A stretch of 64,000 nucleotides of DNA from Macrostomum lignano (lineage: Eukaryota), in NCBI GenBank assembly GCA_002269645.1, contig NIVC01000758.1:384993-448992 (forward strand), read 5' to 3'. Shown in pieces: positions 25,301 to 38,060 of this stretch. Positions within the stretch are counted from its first letter, which is position 1, and each line of letters begins with the position of its first letter. The translations under genes and the position numbers were made by a program. A model generated the notes under the pieces. That model did not search any database. It was not told where the DNA came from and saw only the letters and a program-made list of their open reading frames with translations.

Positions 25301-26200
25301 TTTCTATGTATCTACTGTTGCTTCCGGTTGTTATGAATCTAGCTTCCGGTTGCTATGAATCTAGCTTGCGGTTGTTATGAATCTAGCTTGCGGTTGCTAT
25401 GAATCTAGCTTTCGGTTGCTATGAATCTACTGCTGCTTCCGTTTGCTATGAATCTACTGTTGCTTCCGGTTGCTATGAATCTAGCTTCCGGTTGTTATGA
25501 ATCTAGCTTCCGGTTGTTTTGAATCTAGCCTCCGGTTGTTTTGAATCTAGCTTCCGGTTGCTATGAATTTAGCCACCTGTTGCTCAAAAAGTCTTACTCA
25601 GTGAGTTGTTTAATGATGTCAAACTGTTTTATTGCTTCATCGCTTGGCCGGCTCATAGCCAGAATTTCTGGGGTAACCCTGTCAATAAGAGTAAGAGGGG
25701 CGGCAATTGCTGCTGTGTTATTTTCATCATAGGAAATTTAAATCAATACATGGCGAAGGCATCTAGGAACCGCCTTCTGCTTAGCTGCCTGCTGCTCACC
25801 AGTGCGAGTACAGGCCCTGTATGGCAAAGCAGTCCCTGTGGAAGCGCCCCTCCGGGCAGCAGTATTTGCAGTTCCTCCCGCCGCAGAAACTGCGACACAA
25901 TGACTCGCCAGACAGGCCGGACCGAAGGGCGTCCCCAATGGCCGGGTAGAGCGCCTCCGGTGGGTTTTCTATAGCATTTTTAAAACCAAATCATATTTGC
26001 GATGTTTGCAAACCGTATGCAACAGTATTGAACAATGCTGAATTACCTTCGATTTTCTCAACATCCGCGTCGCCCCACTCGACGCTGACCGCAGGATATT
26101 CCTCGACTAGCGGCGACAGGTCCGAATCCTCGGTTTCAATTGAGGACTCCTTTTCTTGTTTATAGCTTTTCTGGCCATTGCTAGCGATTTTCGTATCCAT
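19323..26200 (-). CDS. PTPDC1: Protein tyrosine phosphatase domain-containing protein 1 (PTPDC1)-like, at least 7 exons; frameshift in last exon
   Basis: Exons 26200-26047, 25968-25800, 25678-25598, 23764-23407, 22744-~22520 (end uncertain), 20918-20670, 19792-19323. CGGRNCKY, YSHWVTPEILAMSRP, catalytic HCHAGLGRTG, RQRALLHG and VWRDRLNS…DP…WLWELK match PTPDC1 as recalled. The last exon needs +1 nt within 19741-19792. Confidence 0.9.
19812..20665 (+). repeat. CAGTGGGT(CATTGGGG) 8/16/24-bp repeat filling PTPDC1 intron 6
   Basis: Direct inspection; begins immediately after the donor at 20669. Confidence 0.93.
21355..22530 (+). repeat. 41-bp minisatellite overlapping the 3' end of PTPDC1 exon 5
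   Basis: Unit CTTTAACCAAAGCGAACCTGCCCGCGCCCCGCAGCCCGATT, about 28 copies. Confidence 0.96.
22800..23140 (+). repeat. 22-bp minisatellite (TGTCACTCGGGTGTCACACAGT) in PTPDC1 intron 4
   Basis: About 15 near-perfect units, then degenerate copies to ~23340. Confidence 0.95.
23786..25565 (+). repeat. 27-bp then 22-bp related minisatellite in PTPDC1 intron 3
   Basis: TTGCTATGAATCTACTGCTGCTTCCGG (27) to ~24600, then mainly TTGCTATGAATCTAGCTTCCGG (22). Confidence 0.96.
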
Positions 26201-29200
26201 ATAGCACATGCAATAGAATAAAGATTTAGCAGCGCAAAGCAAAAAATATTGTGTATTTGTGCAAGCACAAGTACCGTAGTTCAGAGAATTTTTGTCTGAA
26301 TTACAAGGAGAAATAATAGAAATATTCGTCTAAATATACTACTGAGTTATAAAAGCATTTAAATGTTTTTTTTACTCACAAGAATACTGATACTTTTAAT
26401 TTGTAATGATAAAATCTCCTATATACGTACTAAATAAGAGACAAAATATGAAGTTCAATCTTGAAATATTGTTTCATATTTTTTATTTGGAATTAAGTAC
26501 TGAATCAGACTAGATTTACGTTAGAAAGGTTAAAAAATACGAAGTAATAAGAAACATATGTGCAGCTTATTGAGCTTTTTCATTAAAGAATGACAGCAAT
26601 AAAAATAAATGTTATTTTTGCTATTTTGCAAATTGATGTTTTAAAAAATAATTTCGAACTACAGCAGTAAAAAGCACAATAAGAATGACTTTGGACTAAA
26701 TTTATTTGATTGTAATAGGGAACGTTTCATAAGTTATCAGTTCTCATGCATCTTGCTCGTCCAATATCTAATAACCGCGACGCACTAGGAAATTAAAAAT
26801 TACAATAGCTGTACCCAGTTAGAAGCTTCAGATTCTTAAAAACCTATTAACTAGGCCTATTTGTCTCTACTAAGTTCCTATAGGGAACACTTTATCGGAT
26901 AGCTTAGGTTCTAGAAACAAAAGCGATAATGTAAAGCCAAATCGCTTTTTAAACAGAAATTTTTATTCGTTCTTGGGAGCAGTAGTTGAATATTTCAGTG
27001 TCAATAGCAATAAAAGAACAATTGTTCGCATATAAAAATAAAAATTTTTTTTAAATAGTTTCTATCTTTGACTGTATCAACTCTATGTTTAAAAATAGGT
27101 AATTAAAATTATTTCGTTTTTTGTTTGTTTTAAATGGCTGCGTTTCAAAACCGTGCTCGATTTAAATCTACAAGTTAGCGAGGCAAGCCGCGTAGACATT
27201 TAGAGCGGAGAAGCTAAAATCAATTAGCTCGAACATTCTTCGTTCTACCTGGTTGCAAAAAAACAAATTTCGTGATTTTAAGCCATGCAATTCCTTTTTA
27301 CACGAGCATGAAATTATGATTTGTTGAACATGAGCTTATTTAAAAAAGTTCAATCGTTTCTATGCCAAAGGTCATAAACTCATTTAGGAGAATAATGCAC
27401 CAAAAAGGATTACAGCACTGTAACGCACGCTTCGTTTGTCCCTGAAGCTAAACTAGCTGAAGACCACACTCAATCGAAACTTTGACAGTGGAGGTCTACA
27501 TGTAAATTTACATTTGAAACTTGATCCAATTTCCTCATTTATTGAAGGATCAAGAGTCAGGACGAAAACAAAGTCCAGAAAAAATTGATCTGAAAGTCAC
27601 ATATTTTTCACTGCATTTATTTTAAGTGGATCGACAATACAGAATGTCAAAGCAAATAAATTAATCATCGCCACCTTCTAGGCAAAATAACGACAGCAGT
27701 TGCTATAAAACATTAATATATAATCGTTTTTACTGGCACGGCATAAAATTATTCGTGTTTAATCGTACATGCAAAGTCATTCATTCGATGCGTGTAAACA
27801 AAAAACCAGCTGATTTGGTTTAAACGACTAAAATTGAATAGCAGCGTCAGCTGTGCAAAAACAAGAAAACCATGCGGGGGGTCGACTCTGGTTCAAAGCA
27901 ACATAACCTCCAGCACAACTTAGGAACAAGCTGGACCTGCTTACAGGGATAAGAGAGAACAGAGAGGAGGGCATGCACTGCATAGAATCACGCTAAGATG
28001 TTCGCCGCAGCCAATACTGGACCCCGCCATGCCCGCATGTAAGTGTGGTGGAAAAGTAAAAAAGGCTGGGCAGAAAGTAAGAAAACAGACATGATGGAGC
28101 GGATGGAGATGCGAGACCAAGTGGCGAGCGGTAGCCTGGGGAGCGGGAGCACCATATGGGGGATCCGCATTTGCCGCTTCAGGGGATGGGGAAGCGGGTT
28201 CAACTGGGCGGATCGCTCGACTGCATCAATGTAGCAATGCAGGCTTCGTTCGGTCCTGCACGCACCAGGCCTAGCAAAGTTGACGGCGCCCCAGAAAGCG
28301 AGAGGGGAGAAGCAGATGGGGGAAGAGAACTCTGGCGCGGGCTGATTGCTTTTAGTAGGAAAAATGAAGAAACCGGGGGCCAGCAATGCTGGGATCTGTG
28401 TTTCCCACATGGGGGGTCGCGGACTTTCCGGCTGTGTCTTCCTGTCTACACAAATTCTGGATTTGCTTCCCGCATCCGCGCGCCGCCCCGGGGCTGAGCG
28501 CTCCAATATGGAGTCGCTGCTGGTTGCCAGCCGAAGCAGCGGAGGGCGCGACAGGGGCGCGGGCAGGAAGGCCGAGAATGGGAAGACGGGACTTGGGAAG
28601 GCAGGCCTTCGGGTGCAGCTCTGGGCGGGCTGATGGCAGCGGCGGGATGCGCCTCAATCCGCAGGCGCAACACGCGCCGGGAGCCCGTGAGTCAAAGCCC
28701 GGGGGAAACAGGGCGGGGACGGACTGACGGGGAGCCGGGGCAAAACAGGCGATGGCGAGGAGGCTGTGGCGAAAAAAAAGTTCGGATTTCTGGGAGTGGG
28801 CGGATGCGCAAGAAAGGAAGAAGATGAAGCAGGCTGAAGAAGATTATGTATGCGCCCTGACGGCCCGCGGGGGCTGCCGATCGCTGCGAGTTAAGGGAGG
28901 AGGCGCCAGCGCTGCCTCTGCTTTCCCTCCTCTGTTTGCCCCCACCCGCCCCTGCCGGCGAGCGACGATTGCACCTTCCAGCCTCTCTGCCCCATCAAAG
29001 TAGGCGCCATCCCCAACTCCAACCCTTCAGAGAAGCGAAGAGGCTGAGGATTGAACGAAGCCAATCCCCCTGCGCCTCCTTTCGCCTTTTTAAATAAGCG
29101 CCGCCTCCGCCCCCGCTCCCGGCCGGAACCCCTCCTGCGCGCACCGGCCCGGCCAAGCGGACGAACGCGACACTCCAGTCAAGCAGGAGGCCAGTCAGCC

Positions 29201-29781
29201 ATGGACGCGCCGGGGCAGCGGGCGGCTGCGACGACATTTTCCCGCCGCGAGTGCCGCCGCCCGTCTTCCGCAGCCCGAATCCGGTTCGCCGACGCCATCA
29301 ACTTGACGCCGCTTCGGAGGCAACGTCGGCTGCGGTTGCTGCAGCCGTCGCCGCCGCCGCGGCTTCGAAGCGGTCGGTGGTGGCGGACCCGCTCTACTTC
29401 AATCCGAGACCGGCCGCCCCTGGCGCTGCGGCAGCGGTGGCGGCCGCCGCGGCTGCCGGCGTCAACGAGGTGGCGGTGCCGCTGCAGCGGCCACAGCGCG
29501 GCAAGGCGGCCCGGCGGGCGCGGCAGGAGCGCTACAAGACCCAGCCGGTCACCTTCCAGGAAATCCAAGAGGTGGACGAGGAGTTGTCACCCCGCTGTCC
29601 GGGAGCTTCCTTCGGGCAGACGCAGCAGCCGCCGGAGCCGCCGCAGCTGGAGGCTGCTGACGAGGATTCAGCAACGTTTGTGGCCGGCGGAGGTCAGAAG
29701 TTCGATTTCCAGAACCCGCCAGCGACCGCAGCCTCAACCGGAGGTCAGTCGCAGTCGATGAAGACTCTGGACAGCAGCTGA
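29201..29781 (+). CDS. C11orf96: C11orf96 (DUF4695)-like small protein; needs +1 G at 29212-29215
   Basis: RRARQERYKTQPVTFQEIQEVDEE matches human C11orf96 [24 protein letters not shown] (recalled, not searched). Upstream CDDIFPPRVPP resembles CLADEFPQPV, and the C-terminus has LDSS. ATG 29201 is one base out of frame at a G4 run. Confidence 0.75.
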
Positions 29782-30711
29782 CTCGACCCCCCCCCACCCG
29801 GGAACCCCGAGATTCTCTGTACATACTGGCAAACTGCACCGTGATGGAGCTGCTGCTGCAGTCAGCTTGCCTTGCACAAAATAGCAACCGCACTCCTACA
29901 GTCACCGCGATTTCAACAGCTAGAAATCGGGCTCTGCCTGCCCGTGTCTCTCTGGTCTTTGTTTTGTTTTGCTGAGAAACTGAAGATGAGGATCTGAGAG
30001 TTGCGGCAGCCAGGCCAAGAAACAGACGGGAAAGAATGAAGAGGGCGGGTGAGGCGGGCAACGGGGGGGGGGTCAGGAAGACTTTGCTAGCAAAGAGTGA
30101 AGCTCAGAAACTGCGCTATCACGAACGATTTTTGAAGAAAGTGCCAATTGCACAAGAAAATCTTCTGAAAGAGAAAGTCACGGAAATCAATGAGCGATGG
30201 GTTTCACTCTGCCGCGCCGAGAGCCGACTGATTTTGGAGTTCGCCGCTCGACTGACAAAAAGTTAAAGTCTCACGAAGCCGCTGAGGTTCGGGCCGCGAG
30301 CCGCCCGAGGTCCTGCGGGGCCAGAGATGGGGATGAGAAAAATTGCAAAACTTTGGCTGGCCGCATTATCGCAGTGCACTACTGTCCAAATTCGTGTCAG
30401 TAGTCTGTAGAGAAAATAAAGGGATAAAAATCTGTAAATTTTCATAGATATCGTCGTGCATCAAAACAGACTGCGCTAACTATAAAACTGCCATTTCTCG
30501 GGATTTTCGAGGTGCTCAGATAGATCACTGACAGGTGCCGCTGCATCAGTTTGGTACCTGCGATGGTCTGACTGCAGCGACACACCGTGGGATCTAGAAA
30601 CCGGACACAGAGACTGGCATGTCGGACACCTGTGATCCAGAATCTGGACTTCAGGTCGGACACTCTAGAATTTGGACACAACTTTTTTACCAGTCCGGAA
30701 ATTCTTGTGCA

Positions 30712-31590
30712 GGTTCGACCCTGAGGTTCACAAGTTCAACCCTGAGGTTCACAAGTTCAACCCTGAGATTCACAAGTTCGACCCTGAGGCTCACAAATTC
30801 GACTCTGAGATTCACAAGTTCGACCCTGAAATCCACAATTTCGACCCTGTGATTCACAAGTTCGACCCTGAGATTCACAAGTTCGACCCTGAGGTTCACA
30901 AGTTCGACCCTGAGGTTCACAAGTTCGACCCTGAGATTCACAAGTTCGACCCTGAGGTTCACAAGTTCGACCCTGAGGTTCACAAGTTCGACCCTGAGAT
31001 TCACAAGTTCGACCCTGAGGCTCACAAATTCGACCCTGAGGTTCACAAGTTCGACCCTGAGGTTCACAAGTCCGACCCTGAGATTCACAAGTTCGACCCT
31101 GAGATCCACAATTTCGACCCTGAGGTTCACAAGTTCGACCCTGAGGTTCACAAATTCGATCACAAGTTCAACCCTGGGGTTCACAAGTTCGACCCTGAGA
31201 TCCACAAGTTTGACCCTGGGGTTCACAAGTTCGATCACAAGTTCGACTATGGGGTTCACAAGTTCGACCCTGAGGTTCACATGTTCAACCCTGGGGTTCA
31301 CAAGTTCAACCCTGGGGTTCACAAGTTCAACCCTGGGGTTCACAAGTTCAACCCTGGGGTTCACAAGTTCAACCCTGGGGTTCACAAGTTCGATCACAAG
31401 TTCGACCCTGGAGTTCACAAGTTCGACTCTGAGATTCACAAGTTTGACCCTGAGGTTCACAAGTTCGACCCTGGAGTTCACAAGTTCGACTCTGAGATTC
31501 ACAAGTTTGACCCTGAGGTTCACAAGTTCGACCCTGGGGTTCACAAGTTCGACACTGAGGTTCAAAGTTCAACACGGAGGTTCACAAGCT
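30712..31590 (+). repeat. 21-bp minisatellite (CACAAGTTCGACCCTGAGGTT)
   Basis: About 40 units; produces HKFDPEV repeat ORFs. Confidence 0.96.
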
Positions 31591-31910
31591 CGATTCTGTT
31601 TACTTCCGCATTCATTTGGGGAAGATTCACAACTCATGAGGACCGCCAACCCCCAAGGCACAGAGTGCACATACTTGACGATTATGTACAGAGGCGCTGT
31701 ACACCCTGTGAGCGTGTGTATGAGTGCGTGCCTGCGTACACTATTAGCGCAGAAGTCCGTGGAATGGGCAGAATTGCCTCAGCGCAGGCTGTGTGCCGAT
31801 GTCGCCGATAGCGTTAAGCCAGGGCCATACAAAAGCTCTACAAGTCGGACACTCCACTCTGCTCACCTGGGATCCCGGGCTGCGAGTTGAGCAATCAGAG
31901 GCCTCGCCGA

Positions 31911-32712
31911 TCACAAGTTGCCGGTGAAGCGGCCGGTGCCCCGGCCGAAGAGGATGTGGCCCCTCCTGGCGGGGTGGCAGCGGGCCTGCACGCCTTCGTG
32001 GAAGCCGGCGGCTGCGCCAGGTCGCACGTAGCTGTTCAGCGGCCACTCGGTGTCGTACGTGTCGTAGTTGAAGGCGACGGCGACTGATGTGGCCGGTTTC
32101 GCTGCCTTCTCGACGGCGCTCCCGACACCGTCCAGGTGGTTGCCGCCGCCGGAGCCGCCACCGCCCAGACTGAGGTCGCTGTACCGGTCGCAGTCGCTCT
32201 CGCAGATCTCGAAGGCCATGGGCCGGTGGTGCCGCTGCAGCAGGTGCTGGTGCTGCTCGTAGGCCGACGGCGGCATCGACTGCAGGTCGACGCTGACTGC
32301 GGCGGCGGCCGCTGCGGCCTCCCGCACCGCGTAGGCGTAGGCAGCCACGGCGGCGTCCGACTGGTGCCTCGCCAGGCCGACTGGCATGCGGCCGCGCAGT
32401 GGTGACATCGAAGTCGGGGGCTGCGGCTGCTGCTGCGGAGGCTGCGATGGTCCGTGCAGCATCGCCATGGAGCGGTGATGGCCGAGCAGCTGCTGCTGCT
32501 GCTGCTGCTGCTGCGGTGACTGAGTCGGCTGTCGAGAAATGCGGTTGGGCACCAGGCCGGGGTGCGTCAGCTGTGGCTGCTGGGCGCCGACAATCTGGTT
32601 GAGGAGCGCCTGAGAATCCTTTGACGGGTACTGCTGCAGGTATTGCTGCTGCTGCTGCTGCTGCTGCTGTTGTTGTTGTTGAAGGTACTGCTGTTGCTGT
32701 TGATACTGCTGC

Positions 32713-32774
<62 letters not shown>

Positions 32775-33458
32775 ATGCAGACTCTGCGATTGCAGCTGCA
32801 GCTGCGGCGGGGTCTGACGCGGCGAGCCAATCATTGGCGAAGTCCGCTGCTGGTATTGCGGCTGCTGATGCGGCATGGAGCCCGCACCAACGAGGGGCGG
32901 TTTTGGCGCTGTCGGGGTTCCTGACTGCCGATTTGCTGAGGCCGCTGCCGCCGCCGCCGCCGCCGCCGCTGCCGCAGCGGCCGCATTGGAGGACGCGCCT
33001 GCCGCAATCTGCGGCTGCGGCAGCGGCTGTGGCTGCGGCGGCGGCGGCGGTCTCGGCTGCGCTTGCGGCTGCTGCGGCGGCGGCAATGGCTGCTGCTGTT
33101 GACTGGACTGGGCCAGGGCCTCCGCGTGGCCGCCAGGGCTGAAGGACCGCTGCAGAAAGTCGTCGAAGGTGTCCATCGCCGGCTTATTGCCAGTCCGGGC
33201 GGCGTCGTAGACAGCGGTGGACGATCGGCCGAAGCCGTCAGCTCCGCCGCCGCTGCCGCAGCAGCAGCAGCAACAGGCTGTGTCTGCATCGTCTGGGAGG
33301 CCGCGACCGCCGCTGCCTTTAATTTTTCGACGACGGCAGCGTAGCCGGCAGCGCTGAGTGACCTTGCAGATGAGCACCAGGGCGATCAGGGTGGTGCCCG
33401 TGCCCGCCACCACAGAGGCCGTCACCCACACAACGTTTAGCAGCTCGCGGTCCACCAT
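31911..33458 (-). CDS. Uncharacterised single-pass membrane protein with long polyQ/polyA cytoplasmic region, ~515 aa
   Basis: ATG 33458, 12 nt after an acceptor at 33471. TM segment VVWVTASVVAGTGTTLIALVLIC is followed by a Cys/Arg-rich stop-transfer, CCCCC, and CAG/CAA polyQ tracts. The upstream part of ORF 33821 is repeat-derived. Confidence 0.7.
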
Positions 33459-33547
33459 GTCGCGAGTGCGCTGCAATTCCGAGACGGTTGGAGGCGAAGG
33501 CTGAGCAGCTGACCTTCCGTTCACCCCCACCACCGACTGATTACCTT

Positions 33548-33820
33548 TAGGAAATACTCCTAAGGAAATAACCCTTAGGATATACCCCTGACGAAATACC
33601 CCTGAAGAAATACCTCTGAGGAAATACTCAAGAGGAAATACCCCTGAGGAAATACCACCGAAGAAATACTCCCGAGGAAATGCCCCTGAAGAAATACCCC
33701 GAGGAAATACCCCTGAGGAAATACCCACATAAATGTCCATCTCAGGATAAAGTCTCATAAAATGCCTCCTGAGAAATATTGTAGAACACCCGTGATAAAC
33801 CCTGACGAAAATACCCTCCA
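33548..33820 (+). repeat. ~14-bp degenerate repeat (GAAATACCCCTGAG)
   Basis: Direct inspection. Confidence 0.85.
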
Positions 33821-36800
33821 ATCGGTACCCCCGAAAAGTTACGGTATGATAAACGAGTCCCGACTACAAACCCCAATGAAAGCCTGCCAATAAAATTCCC
33901 TTAATGATAACTCCCTTAGGATAATTTCCTCTCTACTTGACCCACTCCCTGTCTTCAGCTCCCCGCCCCCCCCCCCGCGGCCACTTCCTGCCGTGCCGCA
34001 GCTCAGGAAGGCGACATGCCGGTTTAAAGATGCACTTTTCTCTGCGCAAACCGGCTCACCCACGGACTTCTGGGTCCGGAGAATGCCATGGGCTCTCTTA
34101 GGAAGTCTTTGCTCCCCTAGAAGAAGCTCTCTCTCTCTCCCCATGTCTCGTAGGGGCTGCGTGTTAGTGCCTACGATTATTTTTGCGCATTGGCAACGGC
34201 TGCTTCAAGTTTCTGGCGAACCAGCCTCAGAGCCTTCGCTTGAATGAACTTTGAACAAAGTCTTTGTAAACAGTTGCAAGCAGACTCACTCAGCTTCTAA
34301 AATGCCAAGTGGACTCAACTCGGCCTCCACTTGCCACCTCGCCGGCTGGCTGGACTCCAGAAGTTGCGAGAGTTTGCAGGCCGTCCTGATCGCAGAGTCT
34401 GCTGGAAGAAGCCTCTCGCTCGCTCTCAGCCGAGTTGCCCCTCGGCCAGCGCTGCAGTGCTGAACAAGTTTCCCGACCGGCCGCGAGTCGGCGAGGGGAG
34501 ACTTAAGAAACGGGTCGAAGCTGGGGTTGCTGGTGGGTCGCCGCGGCCTGCGGGCGGGGAGGGCGGAGCGGACAGAGCGGGGGAGCTGAGGATCTGCCCC
34601 TCCTCCCCAATCCCCTGCGCCGGTTCTGACCGGGCCGGTGGAGGGAGGCAGCAAATGGCGAGTCTGCAGCGCCTACGACAGAGGGGCGCTCAGGCGGAGG
34701 GTGGGGGCGAGAGAGGGAGAGAGATGCGAAAGCAGACTGGTCTCAGCTTGTTGCGGGGCGGGGGGGCCCGGGCAAGCGGCTGGATACGGGCTCGAGGCGA
34801 AGAAGAGGATGCTGGGCGATGACACCCGGCAGCGGGCGAGGCGGGGTGTCGGGCCGCTGTCAAGTACTGTGAGAAGCTGATTCAGCTCGAGTCTCGACTG
34901 TTGGCTGCGGATAGCCCTGGGGTATGGAGGGGAGAGAAATAGGCGGATAGGGGTGGAGAGATGAGGCGCAGATGCTGGGACATGTTCCCGCAGAAAGAGT
35001 GGCTGGGGCTTCGAGTTGCGTTCCCCAACCCATCCTGATTGCAGCCGCACAGAGCCGGCCGCCTCATCTTCGCTCTCATTTTTAGCTCATTTTCCGGGCG
35101 GCGGAGACACGCGGGCGGGGGGTGCGGACTCTCCCCGCTCTCCATCAGCTCGGGCCAGGCTGCGCAGCATCCGAGGCTGTCGGTGGAAGGGCAGAGGCGG
35201 CTCTGCGTGGGACGGCCGCGGACACGCGGGATGGAAGGGGACACACACAAAGGTGCTGGGAATTCGGAATGCAGAGGGGGAAGTGCGGGAGGGAACAGCC
35301 GAGAGGTTGACCCCCGATGCAGCTGGGTAGGTGAGGAGTGACTGCGAGCTGGGCCGCAGGTTTGCACGTGCCTCATGCGAGTCTCGAGACTCGTGCTCGG
35401 AGCCTCTCACAGCTCGGTCCAGACCCCCCTCCCCAACACAAACCAGCCCATCTCTCTCGAGTTTCACAGCAGACCCCAGCACAACTCCAATACCCAGCGC
35501 TGGCGCTCCTCTGCAAACAGCGGCACGCACTGCTAATTTTCAAGCGTTCTCCGTTCCCCCTCTCTCTCTCAGGGTGCGAAGCAATGCGGAAGCCGCCGCC
35601 GCTGTATCAATTTCTACAGCAGAGCCGAAGACATCGCAGATTGGAATATGCAAAGCAATCGCCGCCACGGCTGCTGCAGAGCTTCATCCCAATTTTTTTG
35701 CCCCGGCGTTCTCGCCCCCCCCCTCTCGTGGTTTTCCGCGCCGCTCGCAATCCCCGCGTGGCTCTCGCGTCCCCGACGGGATTTCGCGGCGGCAGCGGCG
35801 CTAATCCGCGGGATGACGGCGTGGACAATGGGAGAAGAGACCGGCCAGCTGAGCATTCCAGCTGCCGGGTTCCGCCTGGGAGCAGATTCTATCTGCATGG
35901 GCCGGGGGCCCCAGTACACCCGCCGGCTCTGGAATCCCAATTCCCCATGCTCCCCGATATCCCGCTCTCGCTTGTCCCGTTCCCAAGCCCGCTTGCCTCC
36001 CCCCGATCTCGACCTCTCCTCCCTTTCACTTCCCAAATCCGGATTGCACTTTTGCTGCTCAAGCGCGATCCGCCGCTTCCCCCAGCAGCAACAGCCAGCA
36101 GTCTCTCGACCCCCGGGCCAGCTCGTGAGAAATAGCCAACTCCCTGATCCCCCAGAACCGGAAGTTAAGCGAGGCTCGGCAACAGGGGCCAATATCCTGT
36201 GCCGCTGCAAAGCAGAAGCAGAAAAATTCCAGCTCCGGGAGCAGCAGCAGAGATGCAGCGCCGGATCCCGGCCTGCTATCCAGAGGCCTGTGGGCGATTC
36301 GGATGGAGATTAGACCGTCCCCCAGTGTGCAGAGCTGCGGCTGTGCGGAGATAGCCGATGCACAGATATTCATATTCATGGCATTCTGCGGCAGTGGTGC
36401 ATTCCATCGCACTGTACCTGTAGCAGCCGCCTTCTCACACATTCAGCTGCAGGGCCGCCCCCCCAGTGTGAGGCGCAGCGAGTCGGGCGGACGGGCAGCT
36501 GCGGGACAGCAGCGATCGATCACTCTCATGCGGCCCGGAAACACTGGGCCGAGTGCACTGAGGGTAGGCGGAGGTCGACAGCAGTCTCGGCCCCCCCCCC
36601 CACTTGGCAACCGCTTTTCCCAGCCTCTTCGCCCCCAGGGGGCAACGGCTAACGATCCGAGTGGACTCAAGATGGTCAGCGATTTTTGAGCTGGGATCAA
36701 TCAGAGGCCGGGGCGGGGTCGGCACACTTGAGCAGACTGACAGAGGTGCGAGGCAGCGCAGTGGAGACGGCCACTCACAGTTGAGGCTAAAGAGGTCGCC

Positions 36801-37099
36801 GACTGGCGGTTTAAACGAAATTGCGACAGTCCACTGCGCGCAGCGTTTTGATAATTAAGCAAATATGCTGCTGGCCCGCCTGCATGGCAACTGGTGAGGA
36901 CCTCCGCCTCTCAAGAGGACTCTAGAAGATTGGAGGGCTCAGCAAACACGGCGACTGCAGCGCGGCAGTCCGGAGCCAGAGTTATCTGGAGGGGCGGGGC
37001 GCAGTCTGAACTTATCGCAATTAGCGACCGGAAAAATGGAATGAGACAGTTTTATCTGTAGCTTTCTGAACCGCCTACGCTAACATGTGCTCACGATTT

Positions 37100-38060
37100 A
37101 TTAGTGAACTGCTCACATTATCAGTGAACTGCTCACACATCACAGTGAACTTCTTACATATGATCACACAGTGAACTGCTCACGCATGATCACAGCGAAC
37201 TGCTCACACATGATCACAGCAAACTGCTCACACATGATCACAGCGAACTGCTCACACATGATCACAGCGAACTGCTCACACATGATCACAGTGAACTGCT
37301 TACACATGATCACAGTGAACTGCTTACACATGATCACAGTGAACTGCTCACACATGATCACAGTGAACTTCTTACACATGATCACAGTGAACTGCTTACA
37401 CATGATCACAGTGAACTTCTTACATATGATCACAGTGAACTGCTCACACATGATCAGTGAACTGCTCACACATGATCACAGTGAACTGCTCACACATGAT
37501 CACAGTGAACTGCTTACACATGATCAGTGAACTGCTCACACATGATCAGTGAACTGCTCACACATGATCAGTGAACTGCTCACACATGATCACAGTGAAC
37601 TGCTTACACATGATCACAGTGAACTGCTCACACATGATCACAGTGAACTGCTCACACATGATCACAGTGAACTTCTTACATATGATCACAGTGAACTGCT
37701 CACACATGATCAGTGAACTGCTCACACATGATCACAGTGAACTGCTCACACATGATCACAGTGAACTGCTTACACATGATCAGTGAACTGCTCACACATG
37801 ATCAGTGAACTGCTCACACATGATCAGTGAACTGCTCACACATGATCACAGTGAACTGCTCACACATGATCACAGTGAACTGCTTACACATGATCAGTGA
37901 ACTGCTCACACATGATCAGTGAACTGCTCACACATGATCAGTGAACTGCTCACACATGATCAGTGAACTGCTCACACTTGATCACAGTGAACTACTCACA
38001 CACGATCACAGTAACTTCTTACATATGATCACAGTGAACTTCATACATATGATCACGGTG
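37100..38060 (+). repeat. 24/22-bp minisatellite (GTGAACTGCTCACACATGATCA(CA))
   Basis: About 40 units. Confidence 0.95.

Noticed and set aside
21355-25565. CRISPR-like appearance of the regular arrays
   Set aside because: Head-to-tail units with no unique spacers, no cas genes, and a eukaryotic intron context.
27988-29003. Multiple short overlapping ORFs
   Set aside because: No recognisable domain or consistent splice structure; expected by chance in GC-rich DNA.
30672-31890. ORFs of 226-379 aa (HKFDPEV repeats)
   Set aside because: Derived from the 21-bp array.
33839-36858. About 25 ORFs on both strands
   Set aside because: Mutually overlapping with no homology signal; not called as CDS.
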